A DNA stretch of 64,000 bases from Candidatus Cloacimonadota bacterium. Its GTDB lineage: Bacteria > Cloacimonadota > Cloacimonadia > G963667145. Below, piece by piece: positions 1-9,097 of the stretch. Each line of letters starts with the position of its first letter. Position 1 is the stretch's first letter. The position numbers and the translations under genes were made by a program. Location: positions 640,001 through 704,000 of the forward strand of contig OY762940.1 of the NCBI GenBank assembly GCA_963667255.1, written 5' to 3'. Below the pieces are notes generated by a model. That model was given only the letters and a program-made list of their open reading frames with translations. It made no database searches and was not told where the DNA came from.

Positions 1-2
1 TA

Positions 3-638
3 AAAATTAAAAATTTTGTGTTGTTGCCCGGATATGAAACAAACACTTATTTGGTGTATGAGCAGGAGTCTAAAAAAGCTGTCTTAATTGACCCGGCTGC
101 TCCGGGAAGTTCTGTCAGAGATTTTATAGAGGAGAACGAATTGGATTTGGTTTACATTTTAAATACGCATGGTCATTCTGATCACATAGGTGGCAACAGC
201 TATTTTAAAAGGCTTTGTCCTGAGGCGAAATTGTTAATTCATCCCGCTGATAAAAAGATGTTGTTCGATTCGAAAGTTAATCTTAGTGTTTATTATGGTA
301 GCAGTGAAATTTTTTCTCCGAGTGAGGACGGCGAACTTTATGACGGACAGGAGATAGAGTTTGGCAAAAGCGTTATAAAAGTAATGCATACTCCTGGTCA
401 CACTTTGGGTGGTGTTTGTTTTTTGATTGATAATTGTTTATTTTCTGGAGATACCCTTTTTGATATGAGCGTTGGTAGGACAGATTTACCCGGAGGTTCT
501 CCTGCAAAATTAATGAACTCTATAAAAACAAAATTGATGGATTTGCCGGACGAGTTGTTGGTTTATCCCGGACATGGTAATAGCACGACCTTGGGTGTGC
601 AAAAGAGGAGAAATCCGTTCTTTAGGGATTTGAGTTAG
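3..638 (+). CDS. MBL-fold metallo-hydrolase (glyoxalase II/YcbL-like), probably 5'-partial
   Basis: THGHSDHIG, HTPGHT, FSGDTLF and PGHG motifs; frame is open back to the window edge. Confidence 0.9.
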   Translation, partial: KIKNFVLLPGYETNTYLVYEQESKKAVLIDPAAPGSSVRDFIEENELDLVYILNTHGHSDHIGGNSYFKRLCPEAKLLIHPADKKMLFDSKVNLSVYYGSSEIFSPSEDGELYDGQEIEFGKSVIKVMHTPGHTLGGVCFLIDNCLFSGDTLFDMSVGRTDLPGGSPAKLMNSIKTKLMDLPDELLVYPGHGNSTTLGVQKRRNPFFRDLS

Positions 639-642
639 CTTT

Positions 643-1290
643 ATGATAATTGCGATAGATGGACCAGCTGCTTCAGGAAAGAGCACCACAGCCAAAAGAA
701 TTGCCGATGAATTGGGGATAAACTACATAGATACGGGAGCTATGTATCGAGCTTGTGCCTTGAAAATATTCGAAATGGGAATAGAGTTGGCAGATTCTCC
801 TCAATTGAGAGAAATTATAGATTCCATAAAGATAGATTTTGATAATAATGGGCGAACTATTCTTTTGGATGGAGTCGATGTGAGTGCTGAGATAAGGACG
901 GATGTAATTTCCGCAGGTGCTTCCAAAATTGCCACCATTGGTTTTGTTCGGGAGAAGATGACGGAGTTGCAGAGGAGAATTGGTTTGTCCAAATCGGTTG
1001 TTATGGACGGCAGGGATATTGGCAGTGCTGTTTTCCCTAACGCTGATTTCAAATTCTACTTGGATGCGTCAGTAGATGCTCGTGCTAAAAGAAGACATTT
1101 GGAAGCTGTGGAAAAGAAAGAGAATTTGAGTTTGGAAGAGATAAAAAGCAGCATAATTGCCAGAGACGAGGCTGATATGAATAGAGAAATTTCTCCGTTG
1201 GTAAAGGCTGAAAATGCTATAGAAATTGACACTTCAGACCTCACGATACCACAACAGGTTGCAAAAATTTTGGAGATTGTCGGCAAGTGA
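643..1290 (+). CDS. cmk: Cytidylate kinase
   Basis: IAIDGPAASGKST, DTGAMYRA, MDGRDIG motifs. Confidence 0.97.
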   Translation: MIIAIDGPAASGKSTTAKRIADELGINYIDTGAMYRACALKIFEMGIELADSPQLREIIDSIKIDFDNNGRTILLDGVDVSAEIRTDVISAGASKIATIGFVREKMTELQRRIGLSKSVVMDGRDIGSAVFPNADFKFYLDASVDARAKRRHLEAVEKKENLSLEEIKSSIIARDEADMNREISPLVKAENAIEIDTSDLTIPQQVAKILEIVGK

Positions 1291-2138
1291 AATCAATTAT
1301 TGAAATTGCGGAACATTCCGGATTTTGTTATGGAGTGAAGCGGGCGATTGACATAGCTCTGGAGACCGCCAAGAATGAAAGCGGAAGAGTTGTGACGATA
1401 GGTCCGATTATTCACAATCCGCAAATGGTCGAGAAATTGAAGGAGCGGAATGTGCAATGTTTGCAAGGCTTGGATGAAGTGCAAGACGGCGACTGTGTGA
1501 TAGTTCGTTCTCATGGAATGGTGAAGGAAGATTTATGTTGGCTACAAAAAAGAGGTGTGAAGATTGTTGATGCGACTTGCCCGAATGTAGCCAAAATTCA
1601 CAGACTTGTGCAGGAAAGTTCCCAAAGAAAACAAGCGGTAATAATCTTCGGTGATGAAAATCATCCAGAAGTTGTGGCTATAAAATCTTATGCTGGAGAA
1701 AAATCTGCAATTGTAAAAAGAATTGAGGATGTCCCGACAAATTTTTTGCTCTCGGAGTCTGTTCTCTTGGTTTCACAAACTACTCAGAATAAACAGAAAT
1801 TTGCCGAATTTGAACAGCAACTAAAAGAGAATTGCAAGAATTTGCGGGTGGTGAATACTATATGTAACGCCACGGAAGTGCGACAAAGCTCTACTCAAAA
1901 ACTTGCTCAAGAAGTCGAAGTGATGATAGTAGTTGGAGGTTTGAACTCTGCAAACACAAGGACTTTGGCAAAAATTGCCGGCAGATACAGCAAAACTTTT
2001 CACATAGAAACACCTGAAAATTTGGAAGTTAGAATGGTAAAAGGTTTTGACAAAATCGGCTTGACAGCGGGAGCTTCGACACCAAGTTGGCTAATAAAAA
2101 GTGTACTTTCTAAAATTGATGAGTTGTGCTCTTCATAA
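1287..2138 (+). CDS. ispH: 4-hydroxy-3-methylbut-2-enyl diphosphate reductase
   Basis: GFCYGVKRA, IIHNP, DATCP, TICNAT, TAGASTP. Confidence 0.97.
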   Translation: MKSIIEIAEHSGFCYGVKRAIDIALETAKNESGRVVTIGPIIHNPQMVEKLKERNVQCLQGLDEVQDGDCVIVRSHGMVKEDLCWLQKRGVKIVDATCPNVAKIHRLVQESSQRKQAVIIFGDENHPEVVAIKSYAGEKSAIVKRIEDVPTNFLLSESVLLVSQTTQNKQKFAEFEQQLKENCKNLRVVNTICNATEVRQSSTQKLAQEVEVMIVVGGLNSANTRTLAKIAGRYSKTFHIETPENLEVRMVKGFDKIGLTAGASTPSWLIKSVLSKIDELCSS

Positions 2139-2171
2139 ATTTGTGATTTTAGTAAGATTAGGGGAAATATA

Positions 2172-3815
2172 ATGTCTAATAAAGAAAAAATGCTGGCAAT
2201 GATGGAAGAATCGTTCGGTAATATCAAAAAAGGAGAAATCGTAGAGGGGACGGTTGTCAGTATTGATGAAAGCAATGTTGTTGTCGATATTGGTTATAAA
2301 TCCGAAGGGGTTATTTCTCTTAGTGAATTTAGTGATGATGTGCCCGAAATAGGTCAGCAAATCAATGTATATATTGTTTATATGGAAGATGCTTCGGGAA
2401 GAGTTAAACTGTCGAAGAAGGTGGCGGAAAAGGAAGAAATTTTCCAAAATCTTGTGAAAGCACATGAAAATGGTGACATAGTTGAGTTTCAGGTAAAAAA
2501 ACTTGTTAATGGCGGTTTTTTTGTTACGGTGAACGATTGTAACGCTTTTTTACCCGGATCTTTGGTAGATATTAAGCCTGTTAAAAATTTCAAGCACTAT
2601 TTAGACCAAACTTTGGAAGGGAAAATCATCAGTATTGACAAAGCAAAGAAGAGTATTGTAGTTTCTCGCAAAGACTCCCTTTTGGACAAACAGAATAAGA
2701 AGAAGTTGGAAGTTTTTGAACACTTGGGAGAAGGTGCCGAAGTTGATGGTGTGGTAAAAGGGATTACTGATTATGGTGCTTTTGTGGACATAGGTGGGTT
2801 TGACGGACTATTGCATATTTCGGATATGAGTTGGTCTAATATCTCTCATCCTTCGGTTTTGTTCAAAGTCGGAGATAAGATAAGAGTAAAGATTTTGAAG
2901 ATAGCTTCCGAGACGAATAGGATTTCTCTTGGTGTAAAACAACTTTTGCCTCACCCATGGGAGAATGTTGACCAAAAAATTTCGCAGGGCGATACGGTGA
3001 AAGGTGTTGTTACTAAGCTGACATCCTATGGTGCTTTTGTGGATTTGGAAGTTGGTCTGAAAGGATTTATCCATAAATCTGAAATGTCATGGACGAGGAC
3101 GATTAATCATCCAGGGCAAGTTTTGAATGAGGGCGACGAGATTAGTGCAATTGTTTTGAATATCGATAAAGATGAGAAGAAAATCTCTTTGGGTCTTCGT
3201 CAAATGATTATTAATCCTTGGTTGACCATCGGTATGAAATATGAAGTTGGGCAGGTGGTTACCAGACCTGTTAAATCTATTACCAGTTTCGGGATGTTCT
3301 TGGAGCTTGATGATGACATTGATGGTCTTGTTCATATTGCCGATGTGGCTTGGAGCAAGAGAATTGATAATCTTAAGTCTGTTTATAAAGTTGGGCAAGA
3401 GGTTGAGGTTAAGATTTTGGACATTGATGCTTCTGCGTATAAGGTGTCTTTTGGCATTAAGCAATTAACCGAAAATCCGTGGGAAAAAGCTGATTTGCTG
3501 AAAAACGGGCAAAGCGTAAAAGCCAAAATACAAAAAGCTATTCAAAATAAAGGTGTTGTTCTTGATTTGGAGCATGAAGGAATGATTTTCGAAGGATTTG
3601 TTCCTTCTTCTTTTGTTTCTTTGGATCAAGGGGAAAGCCTTTCAGACAAGTATCCTGAAGGCTCTATGCATGAATTTTTGGTTTCCAAGGTAGATCGTAA
3701 GGGTTGTAGGATTATATTGAAACCTGCCGACCAATCTTATGAATCTCATAACCAAAATGAAGAAGTTCCAGTAGAATCTTTTCACGAACAATTAGATAAT
3801 TTGAATTTAGATTAG
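2172..3815 (+). CDS. rpsA: 30S ribosomal protein S1
   Basis: Repeated S1 domains (YGAFVDIGGFDGLLHISDMSW); cmk-ispH-rpsA synteny. Confidence 0.95.
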   Translation: MSNKEKMLAMMEESFGNIKKGEIVEGTVVSIDESNVVVDIGYKSEGVISLSEFSDDVPEIGQQINVYIVYMEDASGRVKLSKKVAEKEEIFQNLVKAHENGDIVEFQVKKLVNGGFFVTVNDCNAFLPGSLVDIKPVKNFKHYLDQTLEGKIISIDKAKKSIVVSRKDSLLDKQNKKKLEVFEHLGEGAEVDGVVKGITDYGAFVDIGGFDGLLHISDMSWSNISHPSVLFKVGDKIRVKILKIASETNRISLGVKQLLPHPWENVDQKISQGDTVKGVVTKLTSYGAFVDLEVGLKGFIHKSEMSWTRTINHPGQVLNEGDEISAIVLNIDKDEKKISLGLRQMIINPWLTIGMKYEVGQVVTRPVKSITSFGMFLELDDDIDGLVHIADVAWSKRIDNLKSVYKVGQEVEVKILDIDASAYKVSFGIKQLTENPWEKADLLKNGQSVKAKIQKAIQNKGVVLDLEHEGMIFEGFVPSSFVSLDQGESLSDKYPEGSMHEFLVSKVDRKGCRIILKPADQSYESHNQNEEVPVESFHEQLDNLNLD

Positions 3816-3842
3816 TTTATTGCCGTATTGTAAGGAGAGTAT

Positions 3843-5165
3843 ATGCGTAAGAAAACTTTTAAGCACGGGGTGCATCCTCCTGATTTTAAAAGTCTTAGTA
3901 GTGATTTTGCCATTGAGATGCCTGATTTACCGAAGGTAGCTACTTTGTTTTTGTCACAGCATTTGGGCAAGCCTGCCATTCCGATTGTGGCTGTGGGCGA
4001 CAAAGTAAAAACAGGTCAACTTATAGCCAAACAAGATGGGTTTATTTCTGCTAATATTCACTCTTCCGTTACCGGAGAAGTGATTGCTATTGATTCGTTC
4101 ATTGACCCGACAGGCAAAAAGAGCAAGGCTATTCAGATTAAAGCTGCTAGCGAAGATGACTGGGTTGAGCTTGTGGACGATGAGAACTATTTGGAACTTC
4201 CGACGGAAGAGATACTCAAAAGAGTTCAGGATGGTGGCGTTGTTGGTATGGGTGGTGCAGGATTTCCGTGTTATGTCAAGTTGATGAGTAAGAATATCGA
4301 CACTGTTATCCTCAATGGTGTGGAGTGCGAGCCTTTTATTACTTCTGATTACAGGATTATGCTGGAAAGAGGCGAGGAGATTATCTCCGGTCTGAAAATC
4401 TTCATGAAGGTTCTCGGTGCTAAGCAAGGCATTATCGGGATTGAGGACAATAAGCCGAAAGCTATTAAAGCTATGCAGTCTCTTCTCGTTGGACAGAGCG
4501 ACATCTATGTTCAGCCACTGGAACTGAAATATCCGCAAGGCGGAGAGAAGCAATTGATTTTTGCTTGTGTGGGCAAAGAAGTTCCCAATAAAGGCGGTTT
4601 GCCTACCGATGTGGGTGTGGTGGTGCAAAATGTAGGCACGGCGATAGCTGCTTATCAAGCCGTTCGTTATAAAAAACCTCTGATAGAGAGAGTGATAACT
4701 GTTACCGGTTCTGCCGTGAGAAGTCCCAAAAATTTCTGTGCTCGCTTGGGCGTGAGTTTCGATTATCTTTTGGAAGAAGCCAAAGGTGCTATTGCTCCTG
4801 TAGCCAAGATTATTTCTGGTGGACCGATGATGGGTTTTGCTGTAGGCGATGCAAGTGCTTGCATTACCAAAACGAGTTCTGCCGTGGTTTTCCTTCGCAA
4901 ATCTGAGATATTCCAAAGCCAAGAAAGCAAATGTATAAGATGTGCCAGATGTGTTGATGTTTGTCCGCAAAATTTATTACCCGGTAAGATTGGCGATGCG
5001 TCTATGAACGGACTTTGGGACGAGGCTGCTAATGGTGGTGCGTTGGATTGTATCCGTTGCGGTAGCTGTGCGTATGTTTGTCCGGCTCACATCAAGTTGG
5101 TGCAATGGATAGATTTAGCTCGTTTGGAATTGGCGAAAAGACCGAAATTGGAGGAGAAAAAATGA
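3843..5165 (+). CDS. rnfC: Rnf complex subunit C
   Basis: GMGGAGFP, NGVECEP, YPQGGEKQL, two CxxCxxCxxxCP clusters. Confidence 0.96.
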   Translation: MRKKTFKHGVHPPDFKSLSSDFAIEMPDLPKVATLFLSQHLGKPAIPIVAVGDKVKTGQLIAKQDGFISANIHSSVTGEVIAIDSFIDPTGKKSKAIQIKAASEDDWVELVDDENYLELPTEEILKRVQDGGVVGMGGAGFPCYVKLMSKNIDTVILNGVECEPFITSDYRIMLERGEEIISGLKIFMKVLGAKQGIIGIEDNKPKAIKAMQSLLVGQSDIYVQPLELKYPQGGEKQLIFACVGKEVPNKGGLPTDVGVVVQNVGTAIAAYQAVRYKKPLIERVITVTGSAVRSPKNFCARLGVSFDYLLEEAKGAIAPVAKIISGGPMMGFAVGDASACITKTSSAVVFLRKSEIFQSQESKCIRCARCVDVCPQNLLPGKIGDASMNGLWDEAANGGALDCIRCGSCAYVCPAHIKLVQWIDLARLELAKRPKLEEKK

Positions 5166-6256
5166 AACTTGTAGTTAGTGCGGCTCCTCATCTTCACGAT
5201 AAGTTGTCGACCAAATCGATTATGTGGAATGTTGCTTTTGCTCTGTTGCCTGCGTTGTGTTTTTCCGTGTATTACTTTGGTCTAAAAGCTCTTTTACTAA
5301 CTGTTTGTGGGATTGCTTCCGCTATGCTTAGCGAGGCTTTAATTCAGAAATTTAGAAAAGTGCCTGTAACGATAGATGATGGCAGTGCCTTTGTTGCCGG
5401 AATGTTGGTGGCTTACAATATCCCTGTCAGTGCTCCATGGTGGATACCTGTTGTCGGTAGTGCTTTCGCTATGGCTGTGGGCAAGCACGCTTTCGGAGGA
5501 CTGGGTTCTAACATCCTTAATCCGGCTCTGTTGGCGAGAGCTTTCTTGATGGCTTCATGGCCTACGATTATGACGAATTGGAGCAAGACGACTCTTGGTT
5601 CTATCAGTGGAATGATGGGTGTTAGTAGAGATTTGGTCTCCGCCAAAGCTAAGGTTTTGGTTAGCAGTGCCACTCCTTTGGGAGTTGTTAAGTTCTTGCG
5701 AGACCAGAATTTTGTGGATGGTTTGGGTGTTACCGCTCAGCAAGGGAAAGAGGTTGCTCTATTGCTGATGAATAAACTCTCCAGCTTTGAAGTTTTGCAA
5801 AATCTTTTCTGGGGAAACTGTGGAGGAGTTTTAGGCGAGACTTCTGTAATTGCCTTGTTGCTCGGAGCAGGATGGTTGGCTTATAAGCATATAATTGAGT
5901 GGCGAATACCGACTTGCTATATATTGACCGTGTTTGTTCTTACCTATATTTTCGGTGGTATAGACGGAATTTTTTCTGTCTCTATTCTGTTTGCTGCTTT
6001 CCAAGTTTTTGCTGGTGGACTTATTCTCGGTGCATTTTTTATGGCAACGGATATGGTGACTTCGCCGGAGACGAGAAAAGGTAGAATAGTTTTCGGTATA
6101 GGTTGTGGGATTTTGACGGTGTTGATTAGACTAAAAGGTGGTTATCCTGAGGGTGTTTGTTATTCCATCTTGCTGATGAACCTGACCGTGCCCCTGATAA
6201 ATAGATGGACGATGCCAAAATTTTTCGGCTCAACCGGAAAAGGAGGAGCTAAATGA
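5162..6256 (+). CDS. rnfD: Rnf complex subunit D
   Basis: FGGLGSNILNPAL, SSATP, FMATDMVTSP, GYPEGV; ATG at 5162 overlaps rnfC stop. Confidence 0.95.
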   Translation: MKLVVSAAPHLHDKLSTKSIMWNVAFALLPALCFSVYYFGLKALLLTVCGIASAMLSEALIQKFRKVPVTIDDGSAFVAGMLVAYNIPVSAPWWIPVVGSAFAMAVGKHAFGGLGSNILNPALLARAFLMASWPTIMTNWSKTTLGSISGMMGVSRDLVSAKAKVLVSSATPLGVVKFLRDQNFVDGLGVTAQQGKEVALLLMNKLSSFEVLQNLFWGNCGGVLGETSVIALLLGAGWLAYKHIIEWRIPTCYILTVFVLTYIFGGIDGIFSVSILFAAFQVFAGGLILGAFFMATDMVTSPETRKGRIVFGIGCGILTVLIRLKGGYPEGVCYSILLMNLTVPLINRWTMPKFFGSTGKGGAK

Positions 6257-6801
6257 AAAACTATTTAAGACTTTCCGGAATTCTCCTCATTATTTGTGTT
6301 ATTGCCAGTGCAACTTTGGCATTTGTTAACAAAAAGACCAAACCGATTATTGATAATATAGCTGCTCAAGAAGAGAAAAAAGCGATGCTTTTTGTTTTGC
6401 CTGAGGCGGAGTCTTTTGAGAAGCACGAAGATGGCGAATTTGTCTATTACTTGGGACAAAAGAGCGGTGGAGAGTTGATTGGATATGTATTCATCGCAAC
6501 TGGTCAAGGGTATTCCAGTTTGATACGGACTGTGGTCGGTTTGAAGACAGATTTTTCCGTGAATTGCATCAAAGTTATTTCCCAATCTGAGACTCCGGGT
6601 CTTGGTGCGAATAGCGAGAAGCGAGAATGGCAAGACCAATTCAAAGGTAAAAAATGTGCTCAAATATCCGTGGTCAAAGACGGCGGAGAGATTACTAGTA
6701 TAACTGGTTCGACAATAACAAGCAGAGCGATTTCCAATTCTATCAATGCTGGAATTAAGCTTTTGGAAGTGGCAGTCGTGAAAGAGGGAGGCAATAAATG
6801 A
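6253..6801 (+). CDS. rnfG: Rnf complex subunit G
   Basis: N-terminal TM, ETPGLG, ITGSTITS flavinylation-type motif. Confidence 0.94.
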   Translation: MKNYLRLSGILLIICVIASATLAFVNKKTKPIIDNIAAQEEKKAMLFVLPEAESFEKHEDGEFVYYLGQKSGGELIGYVFIATGQGYSSLIRTVVGLKTDFSVNCIKVISQSETPGLGANSEKREWQDQFKGKKCAQISVVKDGGEITSITGSTITSRAISNSINAGIKLLEVAVVKEGGNK

Positions 6802-7391
6802 GGCTTAAAGATAATCTCTTAAAAGGATTTGTTAAAGAAAATCCAATTTTTAGTATGGCTTTGGGGCTTTGTCCGACTTTGGCAGTTACCTCCTCTTTGG
6901 AGAACTCTCTTGGTATGGGGCTTGCCTCGACTTCCGTTCTTATTGGGTCGAATGCGATAATCTCGCTCATCAAGAATTTTATTCCCGACAAAGTGAGAAT
7001 ACCTTGCTACATCGTGGTGATTGCTTCCTTTGTGTCGGTTGTTGATATGTTGATGCACGCTTTTTTGCCGGCTCTGCACAAGAGCTTGGGGCTTTTTATT
7101 CCGCTGATTGTGGTGAATTGTATCATACTTGGTAGAGCTGAGGCTTTTGCCTCCAAGAATGGAGTGTTCGACAGTCTGGTTGACGGTATCTCTATGGGAC
7201 TTGGTTTTACCTGCTCGCTTTCCGTGTTGGGCATCATCAGAGAGATATTGGGTGCTGGCAAAATATTGGGATTTCAGATTATGCCGGACTCTTATCAGCC
7301 GATGTTAATAGCGATATTGGCTCCCGGTGCTTTTATCACGCTTGGTTTCCTTATGGGGATGATCAAGATGATGCAAAAAAAGGAGAAATAG
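6798..7391 (+). CDS. rnfE: Rnf complex subunit E
   Basis: LGLCPTLAVT, IPLIVVNCIILGRAEAFA. Confidence 0.96.
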   Translation: MRLKDNLLKGFVKENPIFSMALGLCPTLAVTSSLENSLGMGLASTSVLIGSNAIISLIKNFIPDKVRIPCYIVVIASFVSVVDMLMHAFLPALHKSLGLFIPLIVVNCIILGRAEAFASKNGVFDSLVDGISMGLGFTCSLSVLGIIREILGAGKILGFQIMPDSYQPMLIAILAPGAFITLGFLMGMIKMMQKKEK

Positions 7392-7394
7392 ATT

Positions 7395-8000
7395 ATGGAA
7401 CTTTTATATAAATTACTTTTTATCTCTATTTCCACCGTATTTGTTCAGAACTTTGTGTTGATGAGGTTTTTGGGGCTCTGTCCGTATATCGGAGTTTCCA
7501 AAAAACTGGATTCTGCTCTCGGAATGGGTATGGCGGTTATTTTTGTAATGAGCATGGCGTCCTGCATCACATATCTTATTCAATACTATCTACTTGTGCC
7601 TTTCGGTTTGGAATATCTGCAAACTATCGCTTTCATTTTGACGATAGCTTCTTTGGTGCAATTTTTGGAGATGGGTATCGCCAAATACGCGCCTGCTTTG
7701 TATAAGGCTTTGGGTGTGTTCTTGCCGCTTATCACCACCAACTGTGCGGTTCTCGGTGTTGCTATTTTGAATATCCAATCGACATGGGCAGACGGGACAC
7801 CGTTTAATTTTATCGAATCTATTTTGCAGGGATTTTTTGCCGGTATTGGATTTACTCTTGTGCTTGTCTTGATGGCAGGGATTAGAGAGAAGTTGGAATA
7901 TTCTCCGGTGCCTGAGTCGCTAAAAGGTATGCCGATTGCTTTCATAGTTGCAGGTTGTATGGCGTTAGCGTTTCTCGGATTTGCCGGTTTCAAAATTTAG
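7395..8000 (+). CDS. rnfA: Rnf complex subunit A
   Basis: FLGLCPYIGVS, LPLITTNCAVLG. Confidence 0.96.
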   Translation: MELLYKLLFISISTVFVQNFVLMRFLGLCPYIGVSKKLDSALGMGMAVIFVMSMASCITYLIQYYLLVPFGLEYLQTIAFILTIASLVQFLEMGIAKYAPALYKALGVFLPLITTNCAVLGVAILNIQSTWADGTPFNFIESILQGFFAGIGFTLVLVLMAGIREKLEYSPVPESLKGMPIAFIVAGCMALAFLGFAGFKI

Positions 8001-8015
8001 CTACTGGAGGAAATT

Positions 8016-9005
8016 GTGGAATTTATTTTATATCCGGTGGCTATCATCGGAGGATTAGGTGTTATTTACGGTTTGATTTTGGCTTTTGCTTCCGTTAAGT
8101 TTAAGGTCGAAATCGATCCCAAAATAGAGCAAGTGATGGAAGTTACTCCCGGTGCGAATTGCGGTGCTTGTGGTTACCCTGGCTGTTCGGCTTATGCCGA
8201 GGCTATCGTGAAAGAAGGTGCTGCGATAAACAAGTGTGCTCCCGGTGGTCAGGCTATGGCGGAGAAAGTGGCGAAGATTATGGGAGTGAAGGCTGGTGCT
8301 CAAAAAAGGAAGGTTGCCGTGATTTTGTGCGGTGCCGGTGGAACTGATAGAACGAACACCACATTTGAGTATAACGGAGTGAACCATTGCAAGATAATGA
8401 ACACTGTCGGTATCGGCACGAACGCTTGCACTTACGGCTGTCTCGGTGGCAATAGCTGTGTGGATGTGTGTTTGTTTGGGGCTATCTCTTTGGACGAATT
8501 TGGCAACAAAACAGTGGATAGAGACAAGTGCACCGGTTGTGGTGCTTGTGTGAAAGAGTGTCCGCGAAATTTGATTGTGTTGGCTGACATCGGCAAAGAG
8601 GTGCATGTATATTGTAGCAACAAGGACAAGGGTGCGGTTGCCAAGAAAAATTGCGGGGCAGTTGCTTGTATCGGCTGTAAAATTTGCGAAAAGAAATGTC
8701 CAGTAGGGGCTATCACTGTGGAAGATAATTTGGCACGGATAGATTATGACAAATGTGTCTCTTGTGGTTTATGTGCCTCGGTGTGTCCGACAGGAGTTTT
8801 GGTTGACAACAAAGAGAAGAGAGGAAAAGCTAGAGTTACTGACGATTGTATTGGCTGCACTCTCTGTGCCAAAGTGTGCCCGACAGAGGCTATTAGCGGT
8901 TCTTTGAAAGAGAAACATGTAGTTGACCCTGAGAAATGTATCGGTTGTGAGGCTTGCGTGAGCAAATGTCCGAAAAAGGCAATTGAAGTAGATTACGCCG
9001 ATTAG
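8016..9005 (+). CDS. rnfB: Rnf complex subunit B (polyferredoxin type)
   Basis: PGANCGACGYPGC plus multiple CxxCxxCxxxCP motifs. Confidence 0.95.
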   Translation: MEFILYPVAIIGGLGVIYGLILAFASVKFKVEIDPKIEQVMEVTPGANCGACGYPGCSAYAEAIVKEGAAINKCAPGGQAMAEKVAKIMGVKAGAQKRKVAVILCGAGGTDRTNTTFEYNGVNHCKIMNTVGIGTNACTYGCLGGNSCVDVCLFGAISLDEFGNKTVDRDKCTGCGACVKECPRNLIVLADIGKEVHVYCSNKDKGAVAKKNCGAVACIGCKICEKKCPVGAITVEDNLARIDYDKCVSCGLCASVCPTGVLVDNKEKRGKARVTDDCIGCTLCAKVCPTEAISGSLKEKHVVDPEKCIGCEACVSKCPKKAIEVDYAD

Positions 9006-9026
9006 ACTTAGAGATTGAAATTGTTT

Positions 9027-9070
9027 ATGACCTTAGGGATTTTGAATAAATCTTTTAAGGTCATTTTTTT
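9027..9070 (+). terminator. Intrinsic terminator after rnf operon
   Basis: ATGACCTTA...TAAGGTCAT stem followed by T run. Confidence 0.7.
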
Positions 9071-9097
9071 TAAAAAGGAATGAAGGAGGTGAGTCGA

